Part shown: piece after piece, positions 59,266-64,000 of the stretch
Layout of the letters: each line of letters begins with the position of its first letter
Numbering within the stretch: position 1 is the first letter of the stretch
From: an uncultured Methanolobus sp.
Lineage (GTDB): Archaea; Halobacteriota; Methanosarcinia; Methanosarcinales; Methanosarcinaceae
Assembly (NCBI GenBank): GCA_963675495.1
Contig: OY776215.1
Coordinates: forward strand, 1,017,546-1,081,545
Direction: 5' to 3'
Length of the DNA stretch: 64,000 nt
Position numbers and translations under genes: made by a program
The notes under the pieces: model-generated
What the model saw: only the letters and a program-made list of their open reading frames with translations
Told to the model about the DNA's origin: nothing
Database searches by the model: none

Positions 59266-59523
59266 ATGGCATTTAATAAAAAGAGCATGCACTTTAGTGA
59301 TTATGACGAAAATACAGAAATGGTTGCCTTCTTCACATGCGGAGGATGCTCCGGTCGCAGAATATATCGCCTGTTGAAATCGTTGAAAAAACGAGGAGTA
59401 GATGCTATCCACTTAAGTTCCTGTATGCAAATGGAAAACTACCCGAAATGCCCACACATCGATGAGATCAAGAGAACGGTTGAAAATGCAGGAATTAAAC
59501 TTGTAGAAGGAACGCATCACTAA
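59266..59523 (+). CDS. CGGC-domain protein (minimal ORF; conserved coding sequence continues upstream without a canonical start)
   Basis: FFTCGGCSGRR motif. The in-frame upstream codons encode KIAVIRCDIVSEACPGVGCF, which belongs to the same domain. Confidence 0.65.
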   Translation: MAFNKKSMHFSDYDENTEMVAFFTCGGCSGRRIYRLLKSLKKRGVDAIHLSSCMQMENYPKCPHIDEIKRTVENAGIKLVEGTHH

Positions 59524-59540
59524 CACATGGAGAGAAAAAC

Positions 59541-59909
59541 ATGACCAGTAGAATGATAGTAAAGATAGATGAAGATAAATGTACCGGATGTGGAAAATGT
59601 GTATCCCCCTGTGCTGAAGGAGCTATTCAGATCATTAACGGAAAGGCAAAGGTCGTTTCAGAGGAACTCTGTGACGGCATGGGATTCTGCATAGGAGTTT
59701 GTCCTGAAGGTGCTATTACCATCGAGAAAAGAGAAGCAATTCCCTTTGACCTGAGGAAAGCCGAATCACAACCAAAGAAGACTGATGTTTCTATCCAGTG
59801 TTTCAGTTGCGGTTGCGGTGAGAAGAACAATTACCTGATGCCTGTAAGACACAATATGGAAAGTCTCTGGGTTTGTACAAGATGTCTTCCAAAACTTATC
59901 CATGGATGA
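59541..59909 (+). CDS. 4Fe-4S dicluster ferredoxin-domain protein
   Basis: CTGCGKCVSPC and CDGMGFCIGVCP motifs, plus an additional C-terminal Cys pair. Confidence 0.8.
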   Translation: MTSRMIVKIDEDKCTGCGKCVSPCAEGAIQIINGKAKVVSEELCDGMGFCIGVCPEGAITIEKREAIPFDLRKAESQPKKTDVSIQCFSCGCGEKNNYLMPVRHNMESLWVCTRCLPKLIHG

Positions 59910-60894
59910 GAGAATGGTAATTGAGATCGAGCTTAGCAAAGAAGCAGACTACCTCTGCGACTATACTTTCAATTTTTACTGGCACGACAAAAGTCTTGAT
60001 CCCGACTCACTGATACCACATCAGAATGGTACTGAACTGACTTACAGGGACCTTGTCAATGAACTTAAGTCAGGTGGCGAGGTCCATATCAAAGGTAATG
60101 TATCAAAGAACTTTGCCTACAGTCTGGGTGCAGACCTTGGTCATTTCGGAGGAAGCGGAGAAGCTGAAAATACCGGCATGATATTCATTCAGGGAGATGT
60201 GGGTCCTGAAGCTGGTATGGGTATGATTGCCGGAGTCCTGTATATCAAAGGCAATATCGAATACCCAATCGGAAACATAGTGGAACTTGAATCCGACGTT
60301 CCAGATTACAGAAAATTCCGCTCGATCACAGATATTCTCTGCAACGGAATTGAAGAAGACAGACTCATAGATAATGACTATAGTGATAATGGAAGGATAC
60401 TGACCCTTAAAGATGGAATTCCCAGAGGCACTGTTGCTGCAAGATGTCCGTGTAAATCAAAGGTGATAATCGAAGGTGATGCCTACAACGGAACAGGTAT
60501 GCTGGCAAAAAAAGCTACTGTGATCGTTAATGGTAATGCGGGCATGAACACAGGTTCACACCTTAACGGAGGAACTGTTGTGGTCCATGGAGACGTTGGA
60601 GAATTTGCAGGTGCTTATATGAAAGATGGGAAACTCGTGTTCCAGAGTGCTAAAGGTTTCATTGGTGCTGCAATGGAAGGTGGCTCCATCTATTCAAAAA
60701 GTAAGGCAAAGACAAGTCCCCCTGCTGCAAAGTCCAGAATGAAAGGAGAGGATAGCGCACTCATAAGAGAGCTAATGAATGCTGGAAGGGTTGAGTCAAT
60801 GCTCTATAACAAGTACGAACCAGAGAAAGAAAAAGAAAAATTTGTGGAAGTCCACATGCGTGACGGGTCAATAGTTATGCGTAAGATCGAATGA
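59902..60894 (+). CDS. GXGXG-motif protein (glutamate synthase alpha-subunit domain 3 / FwdC-like beta-helix)
   Basis: Repeated G-rich coils (GNVSKNFAYSLGADLGHFGGSG, GDVGPEAGMGMIAG, NGNAGMNTGSHLNGG, HGDVGEFAGAYM). 8-nt overlap with the ferredoxin gene. Confidence 0.65.
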   Translation: MDERMVIEIELSKEADYLCDYTFNFYWHDKSLDPDSLIPHQNGTELTYRDLVNELKSGGEVHIKGNVSKNFAYSLGADLGHFGGSGEAENTGMIFIQGDVGPEAGMGMIAGVLYIKGNIEYPIGNIVELESDVPDYRKFRSITDILCNGIEEDRLIDNDYSDNGRILTLKDGIPRGTVAARCPCKSKVIIEGDAYNGTGMLAKKATVIVNGNAGMNTGSHLNGGTVVVHGDVGEFAGAYMKDGKLVFQSAKGFIGAAMEGGSIYSKSKAKTSPPAAKSRMKGEDSALIRELMNAGRVESMLYNKYEPEKEKEKFVEVHMRDGSIVMRKIE

Positions 60895-60896
60895 CC

Positions 60897-62639
60897 TCAC
60901 GCCTTATTCAGCATTACCCAGAAAACAGAACCTTTGCCCTGTGGATTATCTTCTACACCAACAGTACCCTTGTGAATATCGACTATCCTTTTTACAATAG
61001 CAAGACCAAGACCAGTTCCTTTTATTCCTTTTTTGTCAGCCCTTTTGAATCTCTCAAAAATATATGGCTTCACTTCATCTGGAATCCCATCTCCTTCATC
61101 GATTACCATTATTTTCCAACTATTGTTAACATCAACAATTTCTAATTTGACCGTACTGCCCGATGGACCATATTTAAGAGCATTGGATATCAGATTGGAA
61201 AAGACATCCTCCATTACATCGTTTATTCTGCAAGGATACGTACCTTCGATATCGAAGTCAAGCACAACATCTTTGTTTGTGAATTCTGAGGAAAAACTGT
61301 CTGCAACCTGCAACAATAAGAAACCTACATCCTTTGTTTCAAATTCCATCTCTTCATATGATTCAAGTTTGGCAAGTTTGGCAGCAGAACCTATCATCGA
61401 GATCAAATGATCGGTGTGTTCGTTTATCAATTTGAGTTTTTCTTTTTTCTGCGAATCGGTTTCTTCAGTGTACAAAACATCACTGAAACCCTTGATAATA
61501 CTTGCCGGATTTAACAGGTCATGCCTCATGATATCGGTAAAAAGGTCCTTCAGTTTATTTGAAGTCTCAAGCTTTGATTTTTTTACCTTTTCCAACGTTA
61601 AACGTGAATGTACCTCTATAATTATGAATAACATCAAAATGAGGACCAAAATATACCAGTGTTGCACCAGTACATCCATAAGAGATACCACACCATAATC
61701 AACGTAAGGCCCCATCCTGAGCTCTCGCATAAGTTCATCAATAGAACTATAATCTGCTGGAACGGACCATCCATTTGAAGCAAGGGCAATAGCAGGTGTA
61801 CTATTTGGAGCAATCCTCAAAAGAGCAATAGAAACCTCTTTGGAAATATTATCAGGTGTAGAGCTTGTCTTTGCAAATGCCCAGTCGGGGTAAATATCTG
61901 TACTTGCCAGGAAAGGATAATCATCATATTCCTTTTGATCCAGGACTTTGACATCTTCAATATTGATCTTGCCTTCAAGAAGCATTTTTTCAAGAGTACC
62001 TGCCCTTACCGTACCGGCATCCACATCACCGTTGACAATTGCAAAAACAACATTGTCATGCGTATGGCCATATTTTAGTTCGCCAAGGTCTTTTCTGTAG
62101 TCAATTCCATTGCGCTGCAATTCTCCCATTGCAGCCAGAAATCCTCCAAAAGAAAATTCACTTACTGCCATGAAAGATCTTCCTTTCAGGTCCTGTACAG
62201 AATTAATATCATCTCTGCTAGCATTGGCAATGATCACCCCCCCAAGACCTGAGTATGGAGAGTTGTTCCATACAGGATGGAAAGTTGCTATCCTGCTGGC
62301 TCCATAACTGCGCTCCATTTCCACATAAAGCATGGGATTTGCATAGAAGAAATCAACATCATCATTGCTTACAGTAAGGACAAAATCATCATAATCCAAA
62401 GGTACAATTTCAAAACTTGAATTCGGAATGTTAAGTGACAGGTAATTCGCAGTTGGAGTCCATAACTCCATTGAATTTTCCTTGTCTCCATAAACAGAAA
62501 GAACACCAATCCTGTAAGAGTTGGGTTCACAATTTATCACGGGAACAAGAATTGCATTGATGATGAGTAAAAGCAATATCATCCTGACAAATGAACCCGA
62601 TAGTTCCTTATTTATTAAGACTCCCCCGAGAAGATCCAA
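60897..62639 (-). CDS. Sensor histidine kinase with extracytoplasmic PhnD-like solute-binding domain
   Basis: Signal/TM, then a periplasmic-binding-protein-like region (YRIGVLSVYG...), a second TM, H-box MRHDLLNP, and HATPase motifs (NALKYG, DEGDGIP, GTGLGLAI). Start is TTG at 62639 or ATG at 62582. Confidence 0.78.
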   Translation of the reverse strand: MDLLGGVLINKELSGSFVRMILLLLIINAILVPVINCEPNSYRIGVLSVYGDKENSMELWTPTANYLSLNIPNSSFEIVPLDYDDFVLTVSNDDVDFFYANPMLYVEMERSYGASRIATFHPVWNNSPYSGLGGVIIANASRDDINSVQDLKGRSFMAVSEFSFGGFLAAMGELQRNGIDYRKDLGELKYGHTHDNVVFAIVNGDVDAGTVRAGTLEKMLLEGKINIEDVKVLDQKEYDDYPFLASTDIYPDWAFAKTSSTPDNISKEVSIALLRIAPNSTPAIALASNGWSVPADYSSIDELMRELRMGPYVDYGVVSLMDVLVQHWYILVLILMLFIIIEVHSRLTLEKVKKSKLETSNKLKDLFTDIMRHDLLNPASIIKGFSDVLYTEETDSQKKEKLKLINEHTDHLISMIGSAAKLAKLESYEEMEFETKDVGFLLLQVADSFSSEFTNKDVVLDFDIEGTYPCRINDVMEDVFSNLISNALKYGPSGSTVKLEIVDVNNSWKIMVIDEGDGIPDEVKPYIFERFKRADKKGIKGTGLGLAIVKRIVDIHKGTVGVEDNPQGKGSVFWVMLNKA

Positions 62640-62709
62640 ATGCGCCTATGATAGTGAACATATTTATGGATATTGGAATGTTCTTTTGGCTTAAATAAAA
62701 TAATGTCAA

Positions 62710-64000
62710 TTATTTTACCTCAATGAACTTCAAAAGATTTGTGCCACCTGGCTTTCCATGACCTGACACCTGTCCCTGGGTAAGAATTACCATATCTCCC
62801 GAATCCACAATACTTGCTTTATTCAGAGCATCCATGACTGTTTCCTCCCAATCATCCACTTTCTGACGGGTAAGCACGGGATACACTGCGTATTGTATTG
62901 CAAGTTGTTCACATGTCAGAGGATAGCGGCTAAAAGCAAGTATCCAGATATCTGGCCTGAATCTTGAAATATGCCGGGGAGTCTTCCCGGAAACCGTAGG
63001 AGTAATAACATAACGTACAGACAGACTGCGAAGTGCATCATTTACCTGTATGGATATCATATCCTCCACACTCATATTCATTTTCTGGATAGCCTTTTTC
63101 ATCATTTCAAGGCCTATTGTCGTATGATCTCTCCATTTTTCCGTGGACCTGGCGATCCTTGCCATCATCCTCACTGTTTCAACAGGATATTTTCCTACAG
63201 CAGTTTCCGCAGAAAGCATGATTGCATCTGTCCCATCTATTATCGCATTTGCCACATCTGTGGCTTCAGCCCTTGTAGGCCGGATATTGCCCGTCATTGA
63301 TTCAAGCATCTGTGTTGCTGTTATTACCGGAGTGCTCATTAGGTTAGCCTTATGGATGATATCCTTTTGCACGATAGGAACGTCCTGTATTGGAATTTCA
63401 ACGCCAAGATCTCCACGGGCTATCATAATGGCATTGCTCACTCTGATGATAGAGTCTATATTCTCTACAGCTTTTTCCCTTTCGATCTTTGAAACGATGA
63501 ATATATCCTTGCCCTTACTTTCTGCATAGTTTCGAACCTCAATGACATCCTCTTTTGATTCTATGAAAGAAAGACAGAATATGCTCAAGCCTTCCTCAAG
63601 TCCAAAATCAATAATCTCCAAATCCCTTCCGGTTATGGGATTGATAAATAATCTGGAACCTGGTAAATTAATACCTTTTTTAGAGAAAAGAGGACCACCA
63701 ACAACGACTTCACAATAGATATCTTCGCCTTCAATGTGTGTGCAATCAAGCTGAATGAAACCATCGTTCAAATAAATAGGACTACCGGGAGTCACACTAT
63801 CTGTAATCTGTTTGTACTGAACAGGAATCAGTGAATCCTTTCCAAGAACTTCACGTGAAGTAAGAACAACCTGTTGGCCTCTTTCCAGTATCATTGGCTC
63901 ATTCTGGATGACGCCTACCCTTATCTTTGGACCTGGAAGGTCTGCCATTATAGCCACTACTCTATTGAGTTCTTTGGCAATCGCCCGTATTCTTTTGATA
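62710..64000 (-). CDS. pyk: Pyruvate kinase (N-terminus beyond the window edge)
   Basis: IMADLPGPKIRVG, MIARGDLGVEIP, TQMLESM motifs. The frame stays open upstream of the listed M to base 64000. Confidence 0.9.
   Translation of the reverse strand, partial: IKRIRAIAKELNRVVAIMADLPGPKIRVGVIQNEPMILERGQQVVLTSREVLGKDSLIPVQYKQITDSVTPGSPIYLNDGFIQLDCTHIEGEDIYCEVVVGGPLFSKKGINLPGSRLFINPITGRDLEIIDFGLEEGLSIFCLSFIESKEDVIEVRNYAESKGKDIFIVSKIEREKAVENIDSIIRVSNAIMIARGDLGVEIPIQDVPIVQKDIIHKANLMSTPVITATQMLESMTGNIRPTRAEATDVANAIIDGTDAIMLSAETAVGKYPVETVRMMARIARSTEKWRDHTTIGLEMMKKAIQKMNMSVEDMISIQVNDALRSLSVRYVITPTVSGKTPRHISRFRPDIWILAFSRYPLTCEQLAIQYAVYPVLTRQKVDDWEETVMDALNKASIVDSGDMVILTQGQVSGHGKPGGTNLLKFIEVK

Overview
Archaeal chromosome segment. 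Gene content points to a methylotrophic methanogen of the Methanosarcinales type: split RpoB and RpoA, SepCysS, corrinoid methyltransferase genes, FmdE and PGF-CTERM proteins. The taxon is an inference. Layout: (i) 1-12.7 kb holds the conserved archaeal transcription/translation cluster rpoB''-rpoB'-rpoA'-rpoA''-L30e-NusA-S12-S7-aEF2-aEF1alpha-S10, which looks ordinary. (ii) 12.9-18 kb holds an SQR-like flavoprotein with DUF1641, then a kinase, a UroD-type methyltransferase and a corrinoid protein. (iii) 18-24.7 kb holds nadA and a sulfur-trafficking neighbourhood (MoaE, UbaA/MoeB-like E1, SepCysS, Cys-rich HTH regulator, SufS-type cysteine desulfurase, FdhD, a GG-terminated ubiquitin-like protein). 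Five copies of the 14-bp palindrome TTCACAATTGTGAA tie these promoters together. (iv) tRNA-Arg(CCG) at 26.47 kb is followed to about 38.4 kb by an accessory-looking flavin/redox island. It carries two paralogous flavodoxins, a repetitive beta-helix surface protein, DUF1638, two Isf-like flavoproteins, a bacterial-type fused RibBA, a BFD-like protein, another flavodoxin and a YcaQ/AlkZ-like protein. Three transcription units there share a 54-nt promoter/operator module, and two decayed wHTH regulator genes lie next to them. (v) 38.4-49.8 kb holds secreted or membrane proteins (a PGF-CTERM metalloprotease and a triple cupredoxin-like repeat protein with Met-rich linkers) and housekeeping genes. 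(vi) 49.9-54.4 kb holds a G+C-richer monomeric isocitrate dehydrogenase, Rhs/YD toxin remnants and a RelE toxin-antitoxin module with two tandem antitoxin-like genes. (vii) 54.8-64 kb holds metabolic genes, an HxlR-linked sulfite-reductase-like/CGGC/ferredoxin/GXGXG operon, a solute-binding-domain histidine kinase and a partial pyruvate kinase. I recognised no rRNA, CRISPR array, transposase or integrase. All family assignments come from reading motifs in the supplied translations, with no database search, so start codons and family names need confirmation.
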